From contig CAVUPH010000020.1 of assembly GCA_963743305.1 (NCBI GenBank), positions 1 to 64,000 of the forward strand: a stretch of DNA of 64,000 nucleotides. Direction: 5' to 3'. The notes under the pieces are model-generated. The model had not been told where the DNA came from, did not search any database, and saw nothing but the letters and a program-made list of their open reading frames with translations. The DNA comes from an uncultured delta proteobacterium. Lineage in GTDB: Bacteria > Desulfobacterota > RBG-13-43-22. Made by a program: the position numbers and the translations under genes. Numbering within the stretch: position 1 is the first letter of the stretch; each line of letters opens with the position of its first letter. Positions 20,121 to 29,457 of this stretch are shown here, piece by piece.

Positions 20121-20188
20121 TGATTCACCCACCCCCCAACGTTCGGCTGAGCTCACGTCGAAGCCCCCCTCCCGTCGAGGGAGGGGGA
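20121..20188. repeat. CCCTCCCGTCGAGGGAGGG palindromic element with nested TTCGGCTGAGCTCACGTCGAAG hairpin
   Basis: Reverse-complement match to 55943-55982 except for the inserted hairpin. Confidence 0.65.
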
Positions 20189-20233
20189 GTTATTTCAAAT
20201 AAAAATGCGAAATACTCGGCGGGTGCTTGTGGT

Positions 20234-21888
20234 TCAAACCCCTTGGGCCTGAAAGGCCCGCCGGACGATTTCCTGGGCCTCCGCCTGGATTTGGGCCAAA
20301 TGTTCCGGCCCCTTGAAGCTCTCGGTGTAAATTTTATAAATGTCTTCGGTACCGGATGGGCGGGCGGCGAACCAGCCGTTTTCGGTGACCACCTTCAACC
20401 CGCCGATGGCGGCCTGGTTGGCCGGGGCTTTGGTCAGCTTGGCTTGGATGGGTTCACCGGCCAGGGTATCCGCGGTGATCTGTTCCGGGGAAAGCCGGTT
20501 CAAGGTATCTTTCTGGGCCGTATTGGCGGGGGCGTCTATCCTTTCGTAAAGGGGCGCGCCGAATTGTCCGGTCAATTCCTCATACAATACCCCGGGGTCC
20601 TTTCCGTTCCGGGCCGTGATCTCCGCAGCCAGAAGGTCCAAAATAATCCCATCCTTATCCGTGGACCAGACCGTCCCGTCCAGCCTCAAAAAGGACGCCC
20701 CGGCGCTCTCTTCCAGCCCGATGCCGTACTCCCCGTTTTTCAATCCTTCGACGAACCATTTGAAACCGACCGGGACCTCGGCCAGGGGCCGTTTCAGGTA
20801 GGCGGCCACCCGGTCGATGAGGCTGCTGCTGACCAGGGTCTTGCCCACGGCCGCTCGGGCCGGCCAATTAGGCCGGTTCTGAAAGAGATACCAGACGGCC
20901 ACCGAAAGGTAGTGGTTGGGGTTCATCAGGCCCACGCTGGGACAGACGATGCCGTGGCGGTCGCAGTCGGCATCGTTGCCGAAGGCGATGTCGTAGCGGT
21001 CCTTTAATCGGATCAGGCCGGCCATGGCGTAGGGCGAAGAGCAGTCCATCCGGATTTTTCCGTCTTTGTCCACGGACATAAACGAAAAAGTCGGATCGAC
21101 AACCGGATTGACCAGATCAATCTTCAATCCGTATTTTTGGGCGATGGGTTCCCAATAAGCAACGGAAGCCCCACCCAGCGGATCGACCCCGATCCGCAGA
21201 CCGACGGCACGAACGATTTCGAGATCGATTACATTTTTCAGGTCGTCCACGTAAGGGGTGATGAAGTCATATTCCCGGATCCCAGTCCCCATGAAGGGCC
21301 GAGGAATAAGGAACGCCGTTTAACCCCCCGGTTGCCTTGCTTCAGCAGTGCATTGGCCCGGTCTTCAATCCAACGGGTGACGGCGGTCTCGGCCGGCCCC
21401 CCATGCGGCGGGTTGTACTTGATACCCCCGTCATCCGGCGGGTTGTGCGAGGGCGTGATCACGATCCCGTCGCTTAAACCCTCGGACCGCCCCCGATTAT
21501 AAACCAGGATGGCATGGGAAATGACCGGGGTAGGGGTGTAGCCGTGACCAGGGGCGATCCGCACGGGGACCGCGTTGGCGGCCAGTACCTCCAGGGCCGT
21601 GGCCTGGCTGGGTTCGGAAAGGGCGTGCGTATCCATACCTAAAAATAAAGGCCCTTGGATGCCGTTGGCTGCCCGGTAATCGCAGATGGCCTGGGTGATG
21701 GCCAGGATGTGATCTTCGTTAAAGCTTTTTTTGAAGGAGGAACCGCGGTGCCCGGAAGTTCCGAAGGCGACCCGCTGGTCCGGCTGGTCATCCTCCGGGT
21801 GTTCCAGAAAATAAGCCGTGATCAAGCGGGGTACATTGACCAATATTTCCCGGGGGGCCGGCTTCCCGGCCAATGGATGCAAGGGCAT
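20234..21888 (-). CDS. pgm: Phosphoglucomutase (alpha-D-glucose-1,6-bisphosphate-dependent), frameshift near 21290
   Basis: [60 protein letters not shown]. Confidence 0.95.
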
Positions 21889-22004
21889 AAATAAGTCTCC
21901 TTAGATTTTTACATCCATTGTTTAGAGACAAATTCTCAGAACAATGGATGTAAAAATCTGAAATAGAAAATGTTTTTTGGCCAGGGTTCATTGCGGATCA
22001 ACAA

Positions 22005-22715
22005 CTAACCCTGACCCGCTTTGTCAAGAAATCCGGTCTTAAGGATTTCAACGGTCTTGTCTAAAATTGTCCGGTAAACGGCTTGAATCGTCAATCCCTT
22101 GGATTTCGGTACCTTAAAAGAGTGATCCCCGCCTTCGATGATTTCCCATTCCCAGGGCGCGGTTACTTTTTTCAGGACGTCCTCGAGAATCTTCAGATCG
22201 CAGAAAGGGTCTCGGGTGCCTTCAAAGAATACCATCGGGATCGACAAGGAATACAGGTGGGCGTCCCGGAGTTTTTCCGGATGGCCCGGCGGGTGGAGCG
22301 GGTAGCCGTAAAAAATAAGCCCTCGGACCGGAAGCCGACCGGCAGCGGCCGCTTGAGAAGCAATCCGCCCGCCCATGGATTTTCCGGCCGCCACGATGAA
22401 AGCCGGGCGATATGGGGTTTGCCGGTTCAGGAAATCAAAAGCCGCCTGCCAGGTGGCCTCCAGGACCTCCGGTTTGTCCGGCGCGGTCCTTCCGGCATCT
22501 TTATACGGGAAATTAAACCGAAGCGCCAATATGCCCGCCCGAGCTAAACCTTCGGCCAGGTAGACCAGCAAGGGGTTTTCCATATCATTTCCCGCCCCGT
22601 GGGCCAGGATGATCCCCGGGTCTCGGCCGGGTCTGAAATCAGCGGGGACGGAAATTTTAGCGGAAACCTGGTCTTGTAGCCGTACAGGGATGGATACTTT
22701 TTTTATCATCTTCAC
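22005..22715 (-). CDS. Alpha/beta hydrolase (KANL3/Tex30-like)
   Basis: LAHGAG, RFNFPY, GKSMGGR nucleophile elbow, GYPLHPPG, GTRDPF, GGDHSF. Confidence 0.88.
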   Translation of the reverse strand: MKMIKKVSIPVRLQDQVSAKISVPADFRPGRDPGIILAHGAGNDMENPLLVYLAEGLARAGILALRFNFPYKDAGRTAPDKPEVLEATWQAAFDFLNRQTPYRPAFIVAAGKSMGGRIASQAAAAGRLPVRGLIFYGYPLHPPGHPEKLRDAHLYSLSIPMVFFEGTRDPFCDLKILEDVLKKVTAPWEWEIIEGGDHSFKVPKSKGLTIQAVYRTILDKTVEILKTGFLDKAGQG

Positions 22716-22726
22716 TCTTGAGCTGT

Positions 22727-22860
22727 TCGCAAAAAGTCCCGAGCTGTCATCCTGAACCCTTCACCTGCTGTCACCTTTCGCCTGCTTGTCAATCTATTTC
22801 AATCATAAGGTCTGAGCGAAGCGAAGGATCTCGTCTTTCGGTTCAGGATAAACTCCACCT
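22727..22860. repeat. Composite TCGCAAAAAGTCC-capped GTCATCCTGA REP element
   Basis: TCGCAAAAAGTCCC, TGTCATCCTGAAC, TGAGCGAAGCGAAGGATCT, GTTCAGGATAAA. Confidence 0.6.
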
Positions 22861-22894
22861 TAATAAACCTGCAAAGCTTGAACCCTTTCGAACT

Positions 22895-23935
22895 CTAAGG
22901 GAGCGTTCCCGAATCACCGGCTAAGAGACTTTGCTCCGTATCATCCGTTTTCAGCACCTTGAAAGAAAGCCCCTCTTTCCAAAGCAGAAAAAGGCCCAGG
23001 GAAGTGATGGGGATAAAACTGACGAACCATAAAATGATGGCGTAACTTTTGGCCAGGTTCGCTTCCACCCCCATGAACATCAGGGCGGCGGCACAGGCCC
23101 AATGGAAGGTCCCGATAAATCCCGGGGCCGAAGGGATGGTCACCCCAAAGACCAGGATAACCGTTAAAAAGACGGCGGAAAGTAGGGACAAATGAATCCC
23201 AAAAGGGAAAAAAAGAAAATAACCGAGCAGAATACTGATCGCCCAAACCAGGGCCGAATAAAAAGAGATGAGGACGATATCCCGGAGGTTTCTGAGGATG
23301 CCCAACCCAAAAATAAAGGCGTCCACCTTTCTCCGGACCTTCAAGGCCAGATTGGGTGGAAAGGGTTTCAGAAGAAAATCAAACAGCCGGTTGACCCGCT
23401 GGTTATGAAAAAACATCAGCAGCAGGATCCCCAGGACCGAGAGATAGAAGGCAAAACTCAGGAGGCCCACCAGCTTGATATTGCGCTCATTGAAAAAAGA
23501 GACCTGTCCGGTCGGGAAGGGCATGAGAAAGAGTACGACCAGAAACATGACCATCACGGTAAATCCGTCGAAGACCTTTTCCACCACGATGGTGGCAAAG
23601 GAGGCCGTCCTGCTGATCCGTGCCCGACTTCCCAGAAGATAGGCCCGGACAAATTCCCCGACCCGGGCCGGCAACAGGTAATTGGCCATGAAGCCTATGC
23701 CTGTGGCGGTATACAACTCGCCCAGGGGGATGGCTTTAAGCGGACGGAGGAGGACCCCCCACCGTTTGGCCCGGATCAGGGTGGTCAACAGATTTACCGC
23801 CATCAGGGGAAGGATATAGATTAATTTAACCTGGCCGAGGATAATCCCCACCGTTTGCCAATCGATTTTTCGTAAAAAAAGGATTAGGAAAATGACGCTG
23901 ATGAGGAAACCGGCCCAATAGCTTTTTTTGCCCAT
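22895..23935 (-). CDS. Lysylphosphatidylglycerol synthase TM / flippase-like (YbhN/UPF0104) protein
   Basis: IRAKRW, GFMANYLLPARVGEFVRAY, EKVFD, PSAPGFIGTF. Confidence 0.9.
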   Translation of the reverse strand: MGKKSYWAGFLISVIFLILFLRKIDWQTVGIILGQVKLIYILPLMAVNLLTTLIRAKRWGVLLRPLKAIPLGELYTATGIGFMANYLLPARVGEFVRAYLLGSRARISRTASFATIVVEKVFDGFTVMVMFLVVLFLMPFPTGQVSFFNERNIKLVGLLSFAFYLSVLGILLLMFFHNQRVNRLFDFLLKPFPPNLALKVRRKVDAFIFGLGILRNLRDIVLISFYSALVWAISILLGYFLFFPFGIHLSLLSAVFLTVILVFGVTIPSAPGFIGTFHWACAAALMFMGVEANLAKSYAIILWFVSFIPITSLGLFLLWKEGLSFKVLKTDDTEQSLLAGDSGTLP

Positions 23936-24090
23936 ATATTATTAATAAAGCAATTCTAACAGAAAAGGCAAGGAATATGGAAACTGGATTTTCTCCGATA
24001 ATCTGGAGCGATCTTCCGGGCGATGTCGAAAGAAGGATAAAATGCCTGGTTTTCCAGATGGGGTTGAAAGGGAAGGGAGAGAATCTCGGC

Positions 24091-24585
24091 CTAGGTGTCC
24101 GAGTTGATAATCAGGATTTCCGCCTTGGACAGACGCTGGGCACGCCGCTGGCGGCCGATTAATTCCAACAGTTCATGGAGGACGGTGTTCCCGTGCTTGT
24201 TCTTCAGCAACTCCGGATGAGTGACCAGATCTCGAAGGGCAACTTCCAGGGCTTCGATCGATGTACCGGAGGGGACGGTCAAAAGAAAACGGGCTGGTGT
24301 GATTTCGATCAGTTTCAGCCAGGAAATACTCCGCAAGGCCTTGCTCGGGCCGACTACAATCAGGGATTTGCCGGGGGCCATGTTGATGAGCTCCACCGGT
24401 TTGAATCGTCCCGATCCGGTCCCTGCCACCGCCTCAGTGACCTTGACTACGGCCCGAGTCCGATCCGTGTCAATCTCGGCCAGTTGGTCCAGAATGCGCT
24501 TTGGCAGCGTCATGGTAACCGGATATCGCGGCTCAGGGAATTTAGGCGGGCGCCCACCGCTGTTCTTCCTTCCATTGGGAAACAT
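24091..24585 (-). CDS. Hypothetical protein, possible DNA-binding regulator
   Basis: N-terminal GGRPPKFPEPRYPVTMTLP (AT-hook/ribbon-helix-helix-like); divergent from lipoprotein gene. Confidence 0.6.
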   Translation of the reverse strand: MFPNGRKNSGGRPPKFPEPRYPVTMTLPKRILDQLAEIDTDRTRAVVKVTEAVAGTGSGRFKPVELINMAPGKSLIVVGPSKALRSISWLKLIEITPARFLLTVPSGTSIEALEVALRDLVTHPELLKNKHGNTVLHELLELIGRQRRAQRLSKAEILIINSDT

Positions 24586-24779
24586 ATCGAAATAATAAGT
24601 ATAAACGTAATTTATTTCAATTAAAAAATCTTTATATATTTCTTGTCATCCCTAATTATTATGTTATAATTAGTTAATTTTATATGTTTCTACGTTATAA
24701 ATCAATATATTTGTTGAGCCTATCAAGGGGAGGCTTCGGCCCCTATTTTATTCATTTTTTTTGCAAAGGAGTGGGAAAG

Positions 24780-25211
24780 ATGCCGAGAGTGAAAGTTTGG
24801 TTGGGGGTGTTCTTTTTAATCGTGTTCTTAGGACTGGCCGGTTGCAGCAGCAGCGGCAGCAGCAGTGGTGGCGACAGTAGTACTCCAGGAGTTGCTACCA
24901 ACGCGTTTGTTGGATCATGGAAGGTTACCGGTGAAGCAAACGCTTGGTTATATATCGACTCAAACAATGCTTTCGTTTGGGCAGACGTTCCGGATAAAAA
25001 TCATCCACATTTTTCCGGCTCTGGGTCGGTTGCGAACAGTACTTTTAAAGGCCCTTTCACAAACCCGGGGGTTGGTGCCGGTGATTTAGTATGTACGATA
25101 GCTGCTAATGGAGTCATGACAATTGATTTCGTTGAGCATTGGCATACTCCAGACAAACACGTGCCCTATGCCGCGACGAAGCTGAATGCCAAGTTGCCCG
25201 TTAAGCGCTAA
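24780..25211 (+). CDS. Lipoprotein, hypothetical
   Basis: Signal peptide with LAGC lipobox, Ser/Gly linker, beta-rich body; AT-richer than flanks. Confidence 0.75.
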   Translation: MPRVKVWLGVFFLIVFLGLAGCSSSGSSSGGDSSTPGVATNAFVGSWKVTGEANAWLYIDSNNAFVWADVPDKNHPHFSGSGSVANSTFKGPFTNPGVGAGDLVCTIAANGVMTIDFVEHWHTPDKHVPYAATKLNAKLPVKR

Positions 25212-25570
25212 ACCCAGGCTTAGAGAGGGTCGCCGGGTATCGGTGAAAGGGTTTTCCAGCCCGCCCCCGGGCGGGTCTTTTCCGTTTCCAACCCAGCCGC
25301 GGGCTTTCAAATTTATAAGTTCGAATTTAATTTAGAAGCTAGGGGGCAACCCCCCCCAATAAGGTCTCCAGAGATGGCGGGATTATTCCTAAAGTTTTTT
25401 TTTCGGAATTGCCCCGCCCTTATTCTTACCGGGGGTTATCAGGTGCGGACAGGGGTTAGAGCCGAAGATAGTCCCCCAGCGGAGCCGCAGGAATGGGTGG
25501 ATGTCGTGGTCCCTGTTTTGGATGAAGGGGAGATGCTTCCCCAGTCTGATGGTTTTCCGGGTGGGCCGAA

Positions 25571-27010
25571 ATGGCTGAACGGATCGCCCTGATCCCGGCG
25601 GCCGGGAGAGGGAGCCGTGCTTACCCCTACACCAAAACCATCCCCAAGGGGATGCTGAAGGTATCCGGAAAACCTTTGTTGGAGCATCTGGTGACCCTGC
25701 AACGGGACCAACTAGGGATCCAACGGATTTTCATCGTGGTGGGAACCTTGGGGGAGGCGATCCAACAGTACTTCGAAGACGGATCGAACTGGGGGGTCCG
25801 AATCGAATATCTGCAGAACGATGCCGTCCATCTGGGGTTGGCTTACTCCGTAGCTTTAGGGGAAAGGGTAGTTCATGATCCCTTCCTGCTGATGCTCTCC
25901 GATGAATATTATCAGGACACCAATCACGCCCGTCTGGCCGATATTTCCTTCAGCGGCAGTTTAGGGTATTGCGCCCTGATGGAAGAGCAGGATTGGGACC
26001 GCATCAGCCGAAATTACACGGTCCGCCTCCAGCAGGACGTCATAACCCGTCTTTTGGAAAAACCACGGGAGCGGGTGGGGGACCTGCTGGGCACCGGAAC
26101 CTTTCTTCTTTCTCCCCGGATCTTTGGGTACCTAAAAAAGGCGTTGGCAGAAAAAAAAGGCTCCGCTGATTTCATTGGGGTGCTGGATGAGGCGGTCCAA
26201 AACGGCGAGAGGCTTCAGCCGTTTTATTTAAAAGGGAAATACGTCAACATCAATGATGTCGACAGCCTGAACTGGGCTAATTCCCTGGGACGCAGCCGGC
26301 AACTGCCATCGGCCTCCCTGAGCATCGTCATCCAGTCGATGGGCATCGAGGAAGGGCTTCCCCGTCTGGCGGCTGAGTTTAATGACCTGGCCCGGGTTAA
26401 TGAAGTGTTGATCATCGTCCCCGCCGGATTAGCAAAACCCTCCTGGGTGGCCCCCCTGGCCAAGACCCGCTGGCTGGAGGCCCCAGCCGGAATCGTCGGA
26501 TTCGGCAGTTTGATTGCCTTTGGACTGGAACAAGCCCGGGGGGATATCCTGGTGGTAGTGGAAGGGTTCTACTCCTTTTATCCCGGTGACCTTTCGAAGT
26601 TCATGGCTTATCTGCCGGACGCCGACCTAGTCCTGGGCACCCGCACCACCCGCCAGCTTATTCAGCAGGGCAGCCGCATGCGGGGGGTCGTTCGGCTGAC
26701 CCATGTGGTACTAGCTAAACTGATTGAAATCCTCTGGATCAGTCACCGGATTCGTTTGACCGATGTTGGCTGTACCTACAGGGCTCTCTGGCGTGATACT
26801 TATCTGGACATCAGGGAACGGTTAAAAAGTCCCGGGCCGGAGTACGTGCTGGAAATGGACATCGAGACCCTGCGCAGCCGGAAGCGCCTCATCGAGGTCC
26901 CGGTCAGTTTTCTAAACACCCACGAAGCGCTGGCTCAGAGACATCAGCAGGCCGGCGTTTTTTTTCGGATGCTGCGGACCATCGTGAGAAAGCGTCTGGG
27001 GTTGAATTAA
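25571..27010 (+). CDS. Sugar-phosphate nucleotidyltransferase fused to GT2 glycosyltransferase
   Basis: LIPAAGRGSR..PYT..IPKGML N-domain; C-domain DLVLGTR...LTDVGCTYRA...IEVPV (Dol-P-Man synthase-like). Confidence 0.85.
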   Translation: MAERIALIPAAGRGSRAYPYTKTIPKGMLKVSGKPLLEHLVTLQRDQLGIQRIFIVVGTLGEAIQQYFEDGSNWGVRIEYLQNDAVHLGLAYSVALGERVVHDPFLLMLSDEYYQDTNHARLADISFSGSLGYCALMEEQDWDRISRNYTVRLQQDVITRLLEKPRERVGDLLGTGTFLLSPRIFGYLKKALAEKKGSADFIGVLDEAVQNGERLQPFYLKGKYVNINDVDSLNWANSLGRSRQLPSASLSIVIQSMGIEEGLPRLAAEFNDLARVNEVLIIVPAGLAKPSWVAPLAKTRWLEAPAGIVGFGSLIAFGLEQARGDILVVVEGFYSFYPGDLSKFMAYLPDADLVLGTRTTRQLIQQGSRMRGVVRLTHVVLAKLIEILWISHRIRLTDVGCTYRALWRDTYLDIRERLKSPGPEYVLEMDIETLRSRKRLIEVPVSFLNTHEALAQRHQQAGVFFRMLRTIVRKRLGLN

Positions 27011-27063
27011 TGGCACCCTGGTCCTTATTAACGGTCTCTATATTGAATTTACAGCTAATTTTT

Positions 27064-27148
27064 CGTCATCCCCGAAGGCCTTTGGTGGGGATCCAATGTA
27101 CCTTAAGAAAGGCCTGGATTCCCGCTCAGAAGCGTTGCGGGAATGACG
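27064..27148. repeat. CGTC-family REP dimer
   Basis: CGTCATCCCCG...GGGGATCCA ... TGGATTCCCGC...GCGGGAATGACG. Confidence 0.75.
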
Positions 27149-27201
27149 CTTTAGTCTGTTGTTCCAATTTTGTGACTATGGTTAACTAGATAGAATTGCC
27201 T

Positions 27202-29295
27202 ATGCGAACGGTTCGAAGGAGGCCCATCCCCGGCTGGATGATCGGGGGAGGGGGCCTGTTTTTTATAATGCTCCACTTCGCGCTTTGGCCGATGATCTGG
27301 CACTGGGTACTCCTGCCCTCGGCCCCACCCGGTAAGCCCGGATTTCGAGTGGAGTCTTACTGCTACGATCTGAATTTCAAAGCCCAGGACAGCATCAAAA
27401 TCTCATCCGCCCCGGTAGTAACCCTGGACAAACCGCTAACCTTTCTTAACGCCTATGCCGTCTGGCAGGTCCCCCAAGGGGGCATCTACCGCCTCCGGTT
27501 ATGCGGCGAGGGCCGCAATGGGACTCTTTTAGTCGACAGCCGACCGATAATTTCCTTGCCGGACCTGAATTCCTGGTCATCCGGAGAGACCCAAAAATGG
27601 TTGTCCCCCGGTCCGCATTTATTGGAATTGCGTCTAAGGAACCGCTGTCAGCCGGCCTGGCTCCGCATCGAAGCGGACGGGCCGGGACAGATCAATAAAG
27701 CCTCTCTGGAAGCCTATGAGCCTCAATGGTCATACCCGGAGGGGGGGCAGGCCTTAAGGCCGAATGATATAAACGTCCTGGATCTGGGGAATATCGAAGC
27801 CTGGCTGACCATAGTCCACGGGGGGGAATATCTCTGTTTGCTCGGGATCCTCTTGTCGGGCGGGTTAGTATTACGCCGGTTATACGTCCGATACTGGGCT
27901 GGAAATATTTTCCCCAACCGGCGCTGGAAAATTTTGTCTCTGGCCCTGGCCCTTTTTGCTTTGGCCATCAGTTGGGTTGACCATCTGGAGCATCCCATGC
28001 TTCCCATCTGGAGCGACGGCCTCGGCTACTACTCTTATCTGCCTTCCTACCTGATTTATCACGACCTCTCCATGGAGGGCCTTTATGAACCGACCCGGCA
28101 CTATGACTATCCCTCCCAGGGGCTGGACTTGCATCCCGGCGAGGGGTTTTTGCGCCATCCCGCCACCGGGCGTTATTTGATCAAATATCCCTTAGGGACG
28201 GCGGCCCTGGAGTTCCCTTTTTTCCTTCTGGGCCATTTGGCGGCCCCTTTCCTGGGATCGACTCCCGACGGTTTTTCTTGGCCCTATCAGGTGGCTATGG
28301 ATACCGCCACCACCGTCTATATGCTCCTGGGGCTGATTTTCCTGTATAAGCTCCTCAATGAATACTTCTCATCACGAATCGTTTTGATTACACTGCTGAG
28401 TCTGTATTTCGGAACCAACTTCCTCGCCTATGTCGCCGTCGAGTCGAGCTTAAGTCATGCCTATTCCTTTTGCCTGGTCTGCCTCTTTCTCTGGTTGGTT
28501 CCCCGCTGGACTGTCACTCCCTCCCGGGGGAACAGCGCGCTGTTGGGGTTGGTCTGCGGGCTGATCCCCCTGGTTCGCAATACCAACGCCCTTTTGCTTC
28601 TTTTTTTGCCGCTCTACGGAGTAACCGGCTGGGAGGCACTCAAAGAAAAAGTGCGTTTTCTCTGGCTGGAAAAAAAGCGGGTGCTGCTTTTGGTGACCGT
28701 AGCGGCCCTGGTCTTTTCCCCCCAGTTAATTATTTGGAAGCTGGCCACCGGCCGTTTTTTCGTCAGCACCTATACCTATCCCTTCGAACATTTCTATTTC
28801 CTTTCGCCCAAAATATTCAAAGTTCTTTTCAGCCCCCATCACGGCCTATTCATCTGGTCCCCCATCCTGATCTTGGCTGTCCCGGGACTCTTCCGGCTGC
28901 AGGGTCCCTTAAGGGCCTTTCGCTGGCCCATCGCGGTCTGCCTTCTTCTGCAGCTTTATCTCATCTCCAGTTGGTACCTCTGGTATTTCGGGTGGTCCTT
29001 TGGTCACCGGGCCTTTGTGGATGTCCTGGGGCTGTTTGCCATTCCTCTGGCCGGCTTTTTCAGTTCGCTACGGCGCCTTTGGGTTAAGAGAACGGTTGCG
29101 GTTATCAGCTTCTTTTTTATCGCCCTGACCTTTTATTGGTTCATCGAATATTTTCAGGGAGCACTGCCCGGTGAAATGCGCCCGAATATGACCTGGCCGA
29201 TTTATTATAAGATGGCGCGCGATCCTCAGGGGGCGCGCGAACTCTGGCGATGGCTCAAGAAGCCGGAGCTGAGAAATCACCAGCTCCACCGTTGA
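27202..29295 (+). CDS. Multi-TM GT-C-type glycosyltransferase with N-terminal PA14-like domain
   Basis: WQVPQGGIYRL..LSPGPHLLELR (PA14-like); SDGLGYYSYLPS, KYPLGTA, LFSPHHGLFIWSP, W.FGWSFGHR. Confidence 0.72.
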   Translation: MRTVRRRPIPGWMIGGGGLFFIMLHFALWPMIWHWVLLPSAPPGKPGFRVESYCYDLNFKAQDSIKISSAPVVTLDKPLTFLNAYAVWQVPQGGIYRLRLCGEGRNGTLLVDSRPIISLPDLNSWSSGETQKWLSPGPHLLELRLRNRCQPAWLRIEADGPGQINKASLEAYEPQWSYPEGGQALRPNDINVLDLGNIEAWLTIVHGGEYLCLLGILLSGGLVLRRLYVRYWAGNIFPNRRWKILSLALALFALAISWVDHLEHPMLPIWSDGLGYYSYLPSYLIYHDLSMEGLYEPTRHYDYPSQGLDLHPGEGFLRHPATGRYLIKYPLGTAALEFPFFLLGHLAAPFLGSTPDGFSWPYQVAMDTATTVYMLLGLIFLYKLLNEYFSSRIVLITLLSLYFGTNFLAYVAVESSLSHAYSFCLVCLFLWLVPRWTVTPSRGNSALLGLVCGLIPLVRNTNALLLLFLPLYGVTGWEALKEKVRFLWLEKKRVLLLVTVAALVFSPQLIIWKLATGRFFVSTYTYPFEHFYFLSPKIFKVLFSPHHGLFIWSPILILAVPGLFRLQGPLRAFRWPIAVCLLLQLYLISSWYLWYFGWSFGHRAFVDVLGLFAIPLAGFFSSLRRLWVKRTVAVISFFFIALTFYWFIEYFQGALPGEMRPNMTWPIYYKMARDPQGARELWRWLKKPELRNHQLHR

Positions 29296-29457
29296 GGAGG
29301 AATTTTTCCACGCGCGGCCAAGGAAGTGGAAGGCCGATTGAAAATTGAATTGCCGGGAGCTGATGGGTTTACCTAATACGTCCCTTTTCGTTACAAAGCC
29401 TCCCGCTGAAACCGGAAGCGACTCGTGACTATTAATCCGACTGCCATAAAAATAAAA

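Noticed and set aside
20117-21007. Long plus-strand ORF (and similar ones at 13302-14345, 50502-51254, 55189-56109, 62552-63499)
   Set aside because: Antisense shadows of well-supported genes in GC-rich DNA; no recognisable motifs.
21238-21300. Programmed frameshift or pseudogenisation of pgm
   Set aside because: No slippery site or stimulatory structure; similar single indels are scattered across unrelated genes, so assembly error is more likely.
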